Assembly: GCA_963823555.1 (NCBI GenBank)
Contig: CAWGMA010000001.1
Span: forward strand, 384,001 to 448,000
Source: Candidatus Eiseniibacteriota bacterium
GTDB lineage: Bacteria; Eisenbacteria; RBG-16-71-46; CAVPCR01
Reading direction: 5' to 3'
Length of the DNA stretch: 64,000 bases
Below the pieces are notes generated by a model, which did no database searches, had not been told where the DNA came from, and was given only the letters and a program-made list of their open reading frames with translations. A program made the position numbers and the translations under genes. Positions 19,455-29,647 of this stretch are shown here, one piece after another. Within the stretch, counting starts at the first letter, position 1. Each line of letters begins with the position of its first letter.

Positions 19455-21014
19455 ATGCCAGAAACGCGACACATTCTCTGGGCTGATGACGAGATCGATC
19501 TCCTGCGCCCGCATGTTCTGTTCCTCGAGGACAAGGGCTTCAGCATCGAGGCCGTGGCCAACGGCGAGGATGCCGTGAGCGCCTTCTCGGCGCGCCGCTT
19601 CGATGCGGTGCTCCTGGACGAGATGATGCCCGGCATGGGTGGCCTCAAGACCCTGCAGGCGATCAAGGAGATCGATCCTCTCGTGCCGGTCGTCCTCATC
19701 ACCAAGAGCGAGGAAGAGTGGTTGATGGACGAGGCGATCGGCAAGCGGATCTCCGACTATCTGATCAAACCGGTGAACCCCAGCCAGATCTACCTCGCGA
19801 TCAAGCGGCTACTCGAGGGCAAGAAGATCGAAGAAGGTCAGATCACGCGCGACTTCGTCGAGGAATTCGGCCGCATTCGGACCATTGATCGCGGCGGCCT
19901 GGACGTTCAGGGCTGGATCGACCTCCATCACCAGCTGACCCACTGGGACCTCCGTCTCGACCGCCTGCGCGACCTGGGACTGGCTCAGTCGCTCGAGGAC
20001 CTGAAGCGGGAGGCCAACGCCGACTTCGGACGCTTCATCGAGACCCACTACGCCGGCTGGATGTCCTCCGCTGAGCGCCCCGCATTCTCGCCGGACATCG
20101 TTCCGCTCTGGGTACAACCCCATCTCTCGGCCGGTCGCCGGGTCTTCTTGATCGTCATCGATTGCATGCGGGCCGACCAGTGGCTCATGATCGAACCCCT
20201 GCTGGCGCCCTTCTTCGAGATGACGACCGACTACTTCTACTCGATCCTGCCTTCCGCCACGCCCTATTCGCGGAACTCGATCTTCGCCGGACTCTTTCCC
20301 AGCGAGATCGCCGCCGAGTTTCCCGGCATGTGGCAGGAGCGCGAGGGAGGTGACAAGTCGAAGAATCGCTACGAGAAGGAACTCCTCGAAGCGCAGGTCA
20401 AGCGCCTCGGCAATCGCCCGCTCGCGCTCAAGTACGTCAAGGTGTATTCGACCGAAGAGGGACAGGCCCTGGCTCGGCAGGTGGCGAGCTTCTCCGGGCT
20501 CGACCTGGTGGGCATCGTCTTCAACTTCATCGATATTCTCGCCCATGGGCGCAGCGAGTCGGACATCCTGCGGGAACTGGCTCCCGATGAGGCTGGCTTC
20601 CGTTCGCTCATGGGGCCCTGGTTCACTCACTCCGCCCTCTTCGAGGTCTTGAAGGGAATCGCCGCGCAGGACAACTGCGTTGCTGTCATCACCACCGACC
20701 ACGGTTCGGTCATGGGGCGCCGGGCATCGCTGGTCTATGGCGATCGGACGACATCGACCAATCTGCGTTACAAGTACGGGAAGAACCTCGGTTGCGACGT
20801 GAAGCAGGCGCTCCACATCAAGGACCCGGAAGCGTACATGTTGCCTGCAGACTCGCTGAACAAGAACTACATCATTGCCAAGGAAGACTATTACTTCGTC
20901 TATCCGACGAACTTCCACGATTACGAGCGGCAGTATCGCGGCAGCTTTCAGCATGGCGGCATCTCGCTCGAGGAGCTGATCGTGCCGGTTGTCACGCTCA
21001 CGCCGCGACGGTAG
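19455..21014 (+). CDS. porX: PorX-like response regulator (REC plus PglZ/alkaline-phosphatase domain)
   Basis: ILWADDEID, LLDEMMPG, TKSEEE; VIDCMR, SILPSATPYSRN, TTDHG, FQHGGISLEE; adjacent to tsaE. Confidence 0.88.
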   Translation: MPETRHILWADDEIDLLRPHVLFLEDKGFSIEAVANGEDAVSAFSARRFDAVLLDEMMPGMGGLKTLQAIKEIDPLVPVVLITKSEEEWLMDEAIGKRISDYLIKPVNPSQIYLAIKRLLEGKKIEEGQITRDFVEEFGRIRTIDRGGLDVQGWIDLHHQLTHWDLRLDRLRDLGLAQSLEDLKREANADFGRFIETHYAGWMSSAERPAFSPDIVPLWVQPHLSAGRRVFLIVIDCMRADQWLMIEPLLAPFFEMTTDYFYSILPSATPYSRNSIFAGLFPSEIAAEFPGMWQEREGGDKSKNRYEKELLEAQVKRLGNRPLALKYVKVYSTEEGQALARQVASFSGLDLVGIVFNFIDILAHGRSESDILRELAPDEAGFRSLMGPWFTHSALFEVLKGIAAQDNCVAVITTDHGSVMGRRASLVYGDRTTSTNLRYKYGKNLGCDVKQALHIKDPEAYMLPADSLNKNYIIAKEDYYFVYPTNFHDYERQYRGSFQHGGISLEELIVPVVTLTPRR

Positions 21015-21020
21015 GGATGC

Positions 21021-21647
21021 ATGCCGCACGCTGGCGAGTCGTCACTCATCATGGAGCAGGTCACCCACTCGGCCGCCGAGACCGAGCGTCTGGGTCGCGC
21101 CCTGGGGCTGGCCCTGGGGGGCGAGATCGTGGCGCCGGGAAGGCGACCGATCGTGCCGGGCGGGACTCCGGGAGCGTTGGGAGCCGGTACCACGTGGCTC
21201 CTCAGCGGTGAGATGGGGGCGGGGAAGACGGTCCTCATCCGCGGCATCACGCGCGGCCTCGGTGTCCGGGGGCGGATCCGCAGCCCTGGGTTCACGCTGG
21301 TCACCTCCTACCGGGGGACGCTGCCGGTCGTGCATGTCGACCTCTATCGCCTCGAGGACGAGGGGCTGGTGGCCGATCTCGGGCTCCTGGATCTCGTACC
21401 GGACCGTGGGATCCTTCTCATCGAGTGGGGTGAGCGCGCGCAGGGTGCTGTGGACCGGGACCACTTTGTCTTCTGCCTGGAGCACCGCGGCGGGGACCGG
21501 CGCCTGATCCGGCTCGAAGCGCGCGGTCCGCGCTCGGCGGCCGTCGGACGCGAACTGGCCCGAGCCCTGGGCTGGCCCGATGTCGAGGCGGCGCGCGGAA
21601 CGATGACCAAGGGCACTCGATCACAGGAAACGGCCCACCCATGCTAG
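21021..21647 (+). CDS. tsaE: tRNA t6A biosynthesis ATPase
   Basis: GEMGAGKT, SPGFTL, HVDLYRL, IEW; start could be 21051. Confidence 0.9.
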   Translation: MPHAGESSLIMEQVTHSAAETERLGRALGLALGGEIVAPGRRPIVPGGTPGALGAGTTWLLSGEMGAGKTVLIRGITRGLGVRGRIRSPGFTLVTSYRGTLPVVHVDLYRLEDEGLVADLGLLDLVPDRGILLIEWGERAQGAVDRDHFVFCLEHRGGDRRLIRLEARGPRSAAVGRELARALGWPDVEAARGTMTKGTRSQETAHPC

Positions 21648-22339
21648 TGCTTGCGATCGACACCTCGACGGACCGCCTCGGGCTCGCGCTTCGCCGAGAC
21701 GAGACGCCGCTCGGTGAGCTGCACCTCGAGCTGGGCCGGCGGCATGCCGAGAAGATCCTGATCGCACTCGACGGTTTGCTCTCCGATCTCGGTGTTCGCC
21801 CTCGCGATTTGAAGGGCGTCTGCGTCTCTCTCGGCCCGGGCTCCTTCACCGGGCTGCGCATCGGGCTCGCATTCGCCAAGGGCATGGCGGTGGCCACTGG
21901 AGCGCCGCTGGTCGGCGTGCCCACGCTCGACGTCCTGGCCCATGGCGCCGAACCGTGGGTGGGACCGGTCATCGCCTGCCTTGACGCTCGCCGGAACGAA
22001 GTCTACTTTTGCGCCTATCACCTCGGTGCTGGCGGAGCCGAGCGCATGGATGCGGAATACCAGGTCGGATCTCCTGCCGAGGTGGTGGCGCGCTGCCGCG
22101 TGCTCGGGCCACGCGTGCTTGTCGTCGGGACTGGCGCCGAGGCGGTGCGATCGGCGGCGGGTCCCGACGTTCTTGTTGCCCGCCGCGGCTTTGCGCTGCC
22201 GCGAGCCGGTGTGCTCGCTGAGCTCGGGGTGGAGGCCCTGCGCCGCGGCGAGGGCGTTGACCCGGATCATGTCGAGCCGATCTATGTCCGTCGCTCAGAT
22301 GCCGAGATTCGCCGTGGCTCCCTGGCCGGAAGGACTTGA
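21641..22339 (+). CDS. tsaB: tRNA t6A biosynthesis protein
   Basis: LAIDTST, GPGSFTGLRIG, DARRNEVY, EPIYVR. Confidence 0.95.
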   Translation: MLVLAIDTSTDRLGLALRRDETPLGELHLELGRRHAEKILIALDGLLSDLGVRPRDLKGVCVSLGPGSFTGLRIGLAFAKGMAVATGAPLVGVPTLDVLAHGAEPWVGPVIACLDARRNEVYFCAYHLGAGGAERMDAEYQVGSPAEVVARCRVLGPRVLVVGTGAEAVRSAAGPDVLVARRGFALPRAGVLAELGVEALRRGEGVDPDHVEPIYVRRSDAEIRRGSLAGRT

Positions 22340-22826
22340 GATTGCACCGATGACGGAGTCGATGCTCGGTGACATCCATGCCATCGAGCATCGGTCCTTC
22401 CCTGACCCCTGGCCGCTGCGCTTCTTTCGCGAGGAACTGGCCAAGGTCGACCTGGCCCACGCCCGCGTCGCACTCAAGGACGGGCGTGTTGTGGGTTACC
22501 TCATTGCCTGGTTCATCCTCGATGAGGTCCATCTGGGAAACCTCGCGGTCCACCCCGATTGCCGGCGCCAGGGCATCGGCCGCGCGTTGCTGGAGGAGCT
22601 GATCACCCGCGCCGAGAGGCACGGGTCGAGCTTCATCACTCTCGAGGTGCGCGCCGGGAATCGCGCGGCCATGTCGCTGTATGCGCGCTACTTGTTTCGT
22701 CCGGCAGGGGTGCGGAAGGGTTACTATGCCGGCCGGGAGGACGCGGTCATCATGCTCCGTGAGTTCGGTTCAGAAGGCGGCGCTTCGGCGCCGGTGCCGC
22801 CCGCGGGCGAGGATTCGCTGCCGTAA
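22314..22826 (+). CDS. rimI: Ribosomal protein S18 alanine N-acetyltransferase
   Basis: IEHRSFPDPW, NLAVHPDCRRQGIG, LEVRAGN, RKGYY, EDA; start is GTG 22314 or ATG 22350. Confidence 0.9.
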   Translation: MAPWPEGLEIAPMTESMLGDIHAIEHRSFPDPWPLRFFREELAKVDLAHARVALKDGRVVGYLIAWFILDEVHLGNLAVHPDCRRQGIGRALLEELITRAERHGSSFITLEVRAGNRAAMSLYARYLFRPAGVRKGYYAGREDAVIMLREFGSEGGASAPVPPAGEDSLP

Positions 22827-22841
22827 GGAGGCTAGCGCAGC

Positions 22842-23759
22842 ATGTCCTGGTTCAAGAAGACCAACTTCGGCTTCAAAATCCAGCGGCAACGTGAGCGCGA
22901 GACTCCTGACGGACTCTGGCGCAAGTGCGATGGCTGCGGCGAGATCCTCTATAACAAGGATCTCGAGCGCAATCTCCTCGTTTGTTCCAAGTGCGGCCAT
23001 CACTTCCGCATCCGGGCGCGCGAGTACATGCGACTCCTGGCCGATCCGGGCTCCTTCGAGGAGCTGTTCACGGCCATCCAGGCCACCGATCCGCTTGGTT
23101 TCCGTGACACCAAGCGTTACTCGGATCGATTGCGGGAGAACCGCCGTTCGACCGGCCTCACCGAATCGGTGATCACGGGCCGCGCCCGCATCGCCGGTCA
23201 CCCCGTGGCGATCGCGATCATGGACTTCGCCTTCCTTGGTGGCACCCTGGGCTCGGCGACGGGGGAGAAGATCCGCCGCACGATCGGGCTTGCCGCGCAC
23301 GAACGAATGCCTCTGGTCATCGTCTCCACGTCCGGCGGGGCGCGCATGCAGGAGGGCATCCTGTCCCTGATGCAGATGGCGAAGACGTCGGTCGCCCTTG
23401 CCGATCTCGTGGACCGGGGAGTGCCCTACATCTCGATCCTGCTGGATCCCACGACCGCGGGCGTGGCCGCCAGCTTCGCCGCCCTCGGCGACATCATCAT
23501 CGCCGAGCCCGGCGCGATGATCGGTTTCGCCGGGCCGCGGGTCATCCAGCAGACGATCAATCAGGAGTTGCCGCCCGGGTTCCAGCGCGCGGAGTTCGTG
23601 CTCGACCATGGCATGATCGACATGATCGTGCCGCGCCGCGAGATGCGTGATCGAGTCGGGTATCTGATCGATCTCCTGGTCGAGCCGCAGCGCACGCCCG
23701 ACCGGCGGCCCCAGCGCGTGGCGCGCACCGCCGAAGGGGGCGACGGCCGCTCGACATGA
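22842..23759 (+). CDS. accD: Acetyl-CoA carboxylase carboxyltransferase beta subunit
   Basis: GLWRKC..C...VCSKC zinc finger, SGGARMQEG, GFAGPRVI, FQRAEF. Confidence 0.97.
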   Translation: MSWFKKTNFGFKIQRQRERETPDGLWRKCDGCGEILYNKDLERNLLVCSKCGHHFRIRAREYMRLLADPGSFEELFTAIQATDPLGFRDTKRYSDRLRENRRSTGLTESVITGRARIAGHPVAIAIMDFAFLGGTLGSATGEKIRRTIGLAAHERMPLVIVSTSGGARMQEGILSLMQMAKTSVALADLVDRGVPYISILLDPTTAGVAASFAALGDIIIAEPGAMIGFAGPRVIQQTINQELPPGFQRAEFVLDHGMIDMIVPRREMRDRVGYLIDLLVEPQRTPDRRPQRVARTAEGGDGRST

Positions 23760-25066
23760 CCGCCGGCTCCGCTTCCACCTCGCGGCGCGACTCCCCGGTG
23801 CGCGTCCTCGAGGACCTGATGGGCCGCGAATGGAGCGGGATGAAGCTCGGGCTCACCCGATTCCGTCCCCTCCTGGCCGCCATCGGCAATCCGGAAGCCC
23901 GGGTCCCAGCCATCCTGGTCGGCGGCACCAACGGCAAGGGGTCGGTGGCCGCCGCTCTGGCCTCGATGCTGAGCGCGGCGGGGTATCGCACCGGTCTCTA
24001 CTCGAGTCCGCACCTCCTGTCGTATCGCGAGCGGGTGCGGGTCGATGGCCGCGCCATCCGTCCGGCCGAGGTCGAGGCGGCGATGGCGATCCTGGCCGCA
24101 CCGATCCAGGTCCATGGCGTGTCGTTCTTCGAGGCCATGACCGCGCTCGCCTTCGTCCACTTCGCTCGGGTGGAGGCCGATGTGGCGGTGCTCGAAGTGG
24201 GTATCGGGGGCACCCTCGATGCCACCAATGTGGTCGATCCGGTCGCGTCCGTCGTGGTCTCGGTCGGTCTCGATCACATGGAGGTGCTGGGGCCCACGAT
24301 CCGGGCGATCGCCCGGGACAAGGCCGGGATCGCCCGTCCTGGCCGCCCTCTCGTGATCGGAGCGCGGGGTGCCGCCCGGGCGGAGCTGGTGGCGGGCGCG
24401 CGGCGCGTGGGGGCCGAACCGCTCCTCATCGGCCAGGATGGTCGCTACCGGCTCGAGGAGCTCCAGGCCGACGGGAGCCGCATGGCCTTCCGCAGCGACG
24501 CTCTCGTTGCGGATCATCTGGCGCTCGGGCTTGCGGGCCGGCATCAAGTGCGGAATGCCGCCTGTGCTCTCCTTGCCTTGGGGGCGCTCCCCGGCTTTCC
24601 CCATGCGGTCGAGGGAGCTCGCCCCGGGCTCGCGCGAGTCCGCTGGCCGGGGCGTCTCGAGCGCGTCGAGCCCTGGCTCCTGATCGACGGTGCCCACAAC
24701 ACGGATGGAGCCCGCGCCCTGGCCGCCCATCTCGAACGCTTCCACGGCGAGCGACGGATCGTGCTCCTGACCGGCATGGTCAAGGGCAAGCGGCCTCGAG
24801 CGTTCGCCCGCGCGCTGGGAGGCCAGGTCGAGGGCGTGGTGGTCACCGAGCCGCAAAGCTCACGGGCCCTGCCGGCCGATTCTGTGGCGGCAAGCTTCCG
24901 CCGCATCTCGGTCCCGACCGCGGTCGAGCCCGACCGGTCCCGTGCTCTCGCGCTGGCCCGGCAGGCAGCTGGCCCCCGCGGCCTTGTCGTCGCCTGCGGC
25001 TCGCTCTATCTCGTCGGGGCCGTGCTCCGCCTCCTCGGCCGGCGTCCTGTCGAGTCGATCTACTAG
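23756..25066 (+). CDS. folC: Folylpolyglutamate synthase/dihydrofolate synthase
   Basis: GTNGKGS, SSPHL, SFFE, LDATN, DH, WPGRLE, DGAHN, GSLYLVG. Confidence 0.95.
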   Translation: MTAGSASTSRRDSPVRVLEDLMGREWSGMKLGLTRFRPLLAAIGNPEARVPAILVGGTNGKGSVAAALASMLSAAGYRTGLYSSPHLLSYRERVRVDGRAIRPAEVEAAMAILAAPIQVHGVSFFEAMTALAFVHFARVEADVAVLEVGIGGTLDATNVVDPVASVVVSVGLDHMEVLGPTIRAIARDKAGIARPGRPLVIGARGAARAELVAGARRVGAEPLLIGQDGRYRLEELQADGSRMAFRSDALVADHLALGLAGRHQVRNAACALLALGALPGFPHAVEGARPGLARVRWPGRLERVEPWLLIDGAHNTDGARALAAHLERFHGERRIVLLTGMVKGKRPRAFARALGGQVEGVVVTEPQSSRALPADSVAASFRRISVPTAVEPDRSRALALARQAAGPRGLVVACGSLYLVGAVLRLLGRRPVESIY

Positions 25067-25086
25067 AGCCCGCGCGCGATATCGCT

Positions 25087-25962
25087 CTAGAAGTTGATGA
25101 CGAGCGATGTCGTCAGGTTGGTGTCGAGCTTCTCCTTCTCGACGGTCGAGGTTCCGACCTCCGTGGCCGCCCCCGCGAACGGATCCTGGTCGTAGATCTT
25201 GATCTCCTCGAGCGGCGGGATGTTGCGGTAGAGGATGCGGAAGCCAGCCTTGAGACCGACCTTCTCGGTCATGGCGACGGTGACCCCGTTGTACCAGTCG
25301 GTACGATGGTCCTTGAATTCATCGAAGCTGTCGTTGAACGTGAGCTGGCTCGTGTAGGTTGTGGTCCCGGTGAGCTTGTTTTCGTATCCATAGCCGAGCT
25401 GGAAGCCGGGATAATCCCTGCTCTCCTCGTCGGTGAAATCCTCATAGGTGTAGGTCACGTTGTAGGTGGTGCGGAACTGGACCTTGTTCGAGTCGATCCA
25501 GTTGTTGCCGAGACCGGCTCCGGCGATGTAGCGCTGCTCGATGCCAGCAGGGGGATTGCGCTCAGCATCGAAGGCGACGTTCCAGAACAGTCGCTGCGTG
25601 ATGTCCTTGCCGTACCCGGTCTTGCCGTAGAGCCGGTTGGTGTCGGTCTTACGGGGCGGATCGGTCAGGGTGAAGTTGCCCTCGCCGGGGGTTCCGATCC
25701 CGAAGCGGTCGCCGGAGAAGGACCGGCTGTAGAGGGCACCCACCTCGAGGTAGTACTCCGCGTCAGCCCAGATCCGACGGGTCGTGTTCTTGGCGCCGAG
25801 CGTGGTGGTGTTCGAGTTGCCGCTCGTCGAGACGAAGCTCAGCTCGGCGGCATCGGTCCAGCCGAGCTTCTTCTCCTCGTCCTGGGCGGCTGCTGGCTGA
25901 TCCAGGACCAGGGATCCCAGGGCCAGCGTGATGGCAAGGGCTGTCATGACGCGCATCTTCAT
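25087..25962 (-). CDS. DUF481/YdiY-like outer-membrane beta-barrel protein
   Basis: GGAGGAGG RBS, signal peptide, TSGNSNT motif, alternating beta strands, terminal Phe (SLVINF). Confidence 0.75.
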   Translation of the reverse strand: MKMRVMTALAITLALGSLVLDQPAAAQDEEKKLGWTDAAELSFVSTSGNSNTTTLGAKNTTRRIWADAEYYLEVGALYSRSFSGDRFGIGTPGEGNFTLTDPPRKTDTNRLYGKTGYGKDITQRLFWNVAFDAERNPPAGIEQRYIAGAGLGNNWIDSNKVQFRTTYNVTYTYEDFTDEESRDYPGFQLGYGYENKLTGTTTYTSQLTFNDSFDEFKDHRTDWYNGVTVAMTEKVGLKAGFRILYRNIPPLEEIKIYDQDPFAGAATEVGTSTVEKEKLDTNLTTSLVINF

Positions 25963-26161
25963 CCTCCTCCGCGGCGGCTGTTGGCGAACCGGGGGCCTGG
26001 AACTCGAAAAATCGGGCCGTAGGTTACCAGACCGAACTTGGCCGGGAGAGATGGAAGGCAAAAATCTACAATGGAAATTCGAGAACCGCCGCGATGGCGG
26101 AAGTCGTAGATGGGTCAAGGGGTTGGCCCGTTGGTCCCGGCGGGCAGGGGAAGGAGGGCCC

Positions 26162-28513
26162 GTGAAAGTCGATCTGCCGGCCGGGGACATGGCACCGGCC
26201 ACCAGCCTGCCTCGTGATGCGGGCATCCCTGCTCCCGGGACCGGGGGCGATGCGAGCGCCGGGCCGATGATCCTCGTCGCCTCGCTCTCCTTCACGCTCC
26301 TTGCCCTCGAGGTGGCATGGACCCGGATCTTCTCGGCGGAGTTCTTCTACAACTTCGCGTTCCTGGTGCTATCCCTCGCTGTCCTCGGGCTCGGTGTCGG
26401 CGCTCTCGTGCTCAGGCTCATGCCACGGCTCGGCAGGCAAGAGCATCTGCCGGCCATCCTCGTCTTGACCGGCCTCGCGGCGCTTTCCGGCCCGCCGCTG
26501 GTCTTCCGGCTCGGCCTCGATATCTCGCACGTGGTCGGGAGTCCGATCATGGCCGGGAAACTCGTTCTCGCCATTCTCCTCCTCGGTGCCGCTTACTTCT
26601 TCGGGGGGATGGCGCTCGCCAGCGTGTTCAAGCGCGGCCACCGCCGACTGGACCGCCTCTACATGGCGGATCTCTTCGGGGCAGGGCTGGGCGTCGTCGT
26701 CGCCGTCCTCCTCATGGAGCGGCTCGGCACTCCATCCGCCACGTTTGCCGTCGCGACGCCGGTGCTCGGGGCGGCGTTCATCATGGCCCGGCGATGGTCT
26801 CGCTTGCTACCGGCCGCGCTCCTCGTGCTCATGATCGTCCTCGGGGTCCGGGGGGGAGATCTCCTCCAGGTCCAGCGTCGCGAGCCGGCACCCGTGATCG
26901 CCACCCACTGGGACTCGATCGCCAAGGTGAAGATCTACGACCGCGGCCCTGAGCACCGTGGTCTCAACATCGACAACGCCGCCAACTCCCCCGTCTACCG
27001 GTTTGACGGGGACTGGGATCGTCCCGATTCCTTGCGCTTCCAGTTCGGGATCGACGTCACCCATCTCATCACTCGATTCGAGGCCTGCACCTTCCTCTCG
27101 CTCGGTGCGGGCGGAGGCAGCGACGTCCTGCAGGCCCTGCAGGCCGGGGCGGAGGAAGTGCATGCCGTCGAGGTCATTCCATATGTGAACGAGCTGATGG
27201 TCTCGGGAGATCTTGCCGCTTACTCGGGTCATATCTACGCCGATCCGCGGGTCATCGTTGCCACCGAGGATGCGCGCTCCTATGTGCGGCGCCATCCGCA
27301 GACCTTCGACGTAATCTACTCGCTCAGCTCCAACACCTTCGCCGCGCTCTCGGCGGGAGCCTTCGCGCTCGCCGAGGACTACCTGTTCACGACCGAGGCC
27401 TTCCAGGACTACTGGCGAGCACTCACCGATCAAGGCTTCATGATGATGGAGCACCAGTTCTACATGCCGCGCCTGGTGAGCGCGATGCTCGACGCGCTCT
27501 CCGGGCTTGGGGTCGAGGATCCTGGCGCCCATATCGCGCTCTACGATCTGCCGAGCATGCGGCGGCAGATGGTGCTCCTCTCCCGGCAGCCGCTGACCGC
27601 CGACCTCGTGAACCGCGCGTTCGGTGAGCTGACCCCCGAAGTGGCCGAGCACATCCAGCTCGTGTATCCCCCGCCTGCCGGCCAGGAGGAGCACCTCTTG
27701 AGCCGGATCATGCGTGACGGATGGCGAGAAGCACAGGCCGGCGCTCCGATCGACCTCTCGCCCAGCACGGATGACCGCCCGTTCGCTGCTCAGCTCGGTC
27801 GCTGGCAGAACTTCTCCTTCGATGCGCTCACCGGTCTGAGCCCGCTGGCCGAGGTCAAGGGCTTCCCGCTCGCCAGGCTGCTCATCGTGACCGTTCTCCT
27901 CATCGTCGCCCTGCTCGTGATCCCCCTCATGCTCCTGCCCTACGTCGCCAGCGGCGGGCCCAAGATCGGCCCCGTGCCCTGGCTCTACTTCGCCGCCATC
28001 GGCTGCGCCTTCATGGCGGTGGAGGTGATCCTGATCCAGCGCTACGCGCTGTTCATCGGCCCCTCGGCCCTGGGTTTCGTCACGATCCTGGTCACGCTGC
28101 TCCTGAGTTCCGGGCTGGGCAGCCGGTGGGCCCGCCAGGTCCCCGATGGCGTCGTGTTCGGAGCCATCGTGGGGTTCATCCTCCTCGAGGTCCTTCTCTG
28201 GCGCCGTGCCACCAATGCGCTTGCCGCCTTGCCGCTCGCCGCTCGGATGGGGGTCACCGCGCTTCTCGTGGCGCCCCTGGGATTCTTCATGGGCATGCCC
28301 TTTCCCCGGGCCGGGCAGCGCGTGGGTGAGCTCATCGACTGGGGATTCGCGGTCAACGGCGCGGCCTCGGTGATCGGGGCAACCGGGATCCTGCTGGTGG
28401 CCTTCGCTCGCGGGTACGACGCGGCTCTCCTCGTGGCGGCCCTGCTCTATGCGATCGCCCTCGGGCTTGCACTCTTGAAGCCGGCCTGGGCCGAGCCACC
28501 GCCGGATTTCTAG
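26162..28513 (+). CDS. Membrane-embedded spermidine-synthase-like (class I SAM-dependent) protein
   Basis: N- and C-terminal TM blocks (LYMADLFGAG, AVNGAASV); LGAGGGSD, VEV, EDARSY, FDVI, TDDRPF; GTG start after AAGGAGG. Confidence 0.8.
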   Translation: MKVDLPAGDMAPATSLPRDAGIPAPGTGGDASAGPMILVASLSFTLLALEVAWTRIFSAEFFYNFAFLVLSLAVLGLGVGALVLRLMPRLGRQEHLPAILVLTGLAALSGPPLVFRLGLDISHVVGSPIMAGKLVLAILLLGAAYFFGGMALASVFKRGHRRLDRLYMADLFGAGLGVVVAVLLMERLGTPSATFAVATPVLGAAFIMARRWSRLLPAALLVLMIVLGVRGGDLLQVQRREPAPVIATHWDSIAKVKIYDRGPEHRGLNIDNAANSPVYRFDGDWDRPDSLRFQFGIDVTHLITRFEACTFLSLGAGGGSDVLQALQAGAEEVHAVEVIPYVNELMVSGDLAAYSGHIYADPRVIVATEDARSYVRRHPQTFDVIYSLSSNTFAALSAGAFALAEDYLFTTEAFQDYWRALTDQGFMMMEHQFYMPRLVSAMLDALSGLGVEDPGAHIALYDLPSMRRQMVLLSRQPLTADLVNRAFGELTPEVAEHIQLVYPPPAGQEEHLLSRIMRDGWREAQAGAPIDLSPSTDDRPFAAQLGRWQNFSFDALTGLSPLAEVKGFPLARLLIVTVLLIVALLVIPLMLLPYVASGGPKIGPVPWLYFAAIGCAFMAVEVILIQRYALFIGPSALGFVTILVTLLLSSGLGSRWARQVPDGVVFGAIVGFILLEVLLWRRATNALAALPLAARMGVTALLVAPLGFFMGMPFPRAGQRVGELIDWGFAVNGAASVIGATGILLVAFARGYDAALLVAALLYAIALGLALLKPAWAEPPPDF

Positions 28514-28669
28514 GCCCCAGCGTCCTCAAGTCGGTTGACGCGCCGACCTCACATCCGGGGCTCGACCGGGCTCGTGACGAGAGCTGTCTCGATGCCGCCG
28601 CCGAGGATGCTATCTTCTCGGACCGGATTGCACTCGCTCTGCCAGGGAACCAGGCCGGGGGATGGCTGC

Positions 28670-29647
28670 ATGCCCTTTGCGCTCGGGATCGACATCGGCG
28701 GCACGTTCACCAAGATGGTGGCGCTGGCGGCGGATCATGAGGTCCTTGCCGAGAGTCGCGTGCCCACCGAGTCCCGAGCGGGGGCGACGGAGCTCGTGGC
28801 CCGTGTGGTAGCCGAAGCCCGGGCGATGTGCGCCGGAGCCGGGCTCGACCTGGCGCGGGCGGTCGGGGTCGGAATCGGATTGGCCGGCCTCGTCGATCGC
28901 GCGAGCGGCAGGCTCATGGCCAGTCCCAATCTGCCTGGATTCGAGGGCTTCGCCGCCGCCCAAGCCTTCGGCCAGTCGCTCCTGATCCCCGCGATCGTCG
29001 AGAATGACGCTGGAGTCTTCGCGCTCGCCGAGTCCCGGCTCGGCGCCGGGCGGGGCCGTGATCCGATCGCTCTCCTGACCCTGGGCACCGGGGTCGGTGG
29101 CGCGATCGTCCATGCCGGACGCATCTTTCATGGTTGGCGTGGCTTTGCCGGTGAGTTCGGGCACACGGGGCTCGCGGTGGAAGAAGGACCGCGCTGTGCC
29201 TGCGGGCAGCAGGGCTGCATCGAAGCCTACCTGAGTTCGAGACACGTCGTCGCGCTCGCCCTCGACCTGTCCGTGCGCATGGCGGAGCGGCCGGGCCCGA
29301 TGCTGGCGCGCGCGCTTTCATCCGGGGAGGCCACGGCGCGCACGGTCGGCGAGGCCGCCCGCGCCGGAGATCCGGTGGCGCGGGCGGTGTTCACCGAACT
29401 GGGCCGCTACCTGGGTCTGGCCGTCGCCAACATCATCTCGGCCCTCAACCCGGCGGCCGTCATCATCGGAGGGGGCGTCTCCCTCGCCGGAGACGTGCTC
29501 ATCGACACGGCCCGCGCCACCGCGCTCGCACGCGTCATGCCACCGCTGGCCGAAGGAGTGGCCATTCTGCCCGCCTCCCTCGGGGATCGCGGCGGTACGC
29601 TGGGTGCGGCCCTCCTCGCCCTCGACGATGGACCGGATCTGTGCTGA
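28670..29647 (+). CDS. ROK-family sugar kinase (glucokinase-like)
   Basis: GIDIGGT, ENDA, LTLGTGVGG, GEFGH, CACGQQGCIE. Confidence 0.92.
   Translation: MPFALGIDIGGTFTKMVALAADHEVLAESRVPTESRAGATELVARVVAEARAMCAGAGLDLARAVGVGIGLAGLVDRASGRLMASPNLPGFEGFAAAQAFGQSLLIPAIVENDAGVFALAESRLGAGRGRDPIALLTLGTGVGGAIVHAGRIFHGWRGFAGEFGHTGLAVEEGPRCACGQQGCIEAYLSSRHVVALALDLSVRMAERPGPMLARALSSGEATARTVGEAARAGDPVARAVFTELGRYLGLAVANIISALNPAAVIIGGGVSLAGDVLIDTARATALARVMPPLAEGVAILPASLGDRGGTLGAALLALDDGPDLC

Noticed and set aside
19455..21014. PglZ domain as part of a BREX defence system
   Set aside because: Fused to a REC domain with PorX signatures, next to tsaE; no brx or pglX genes
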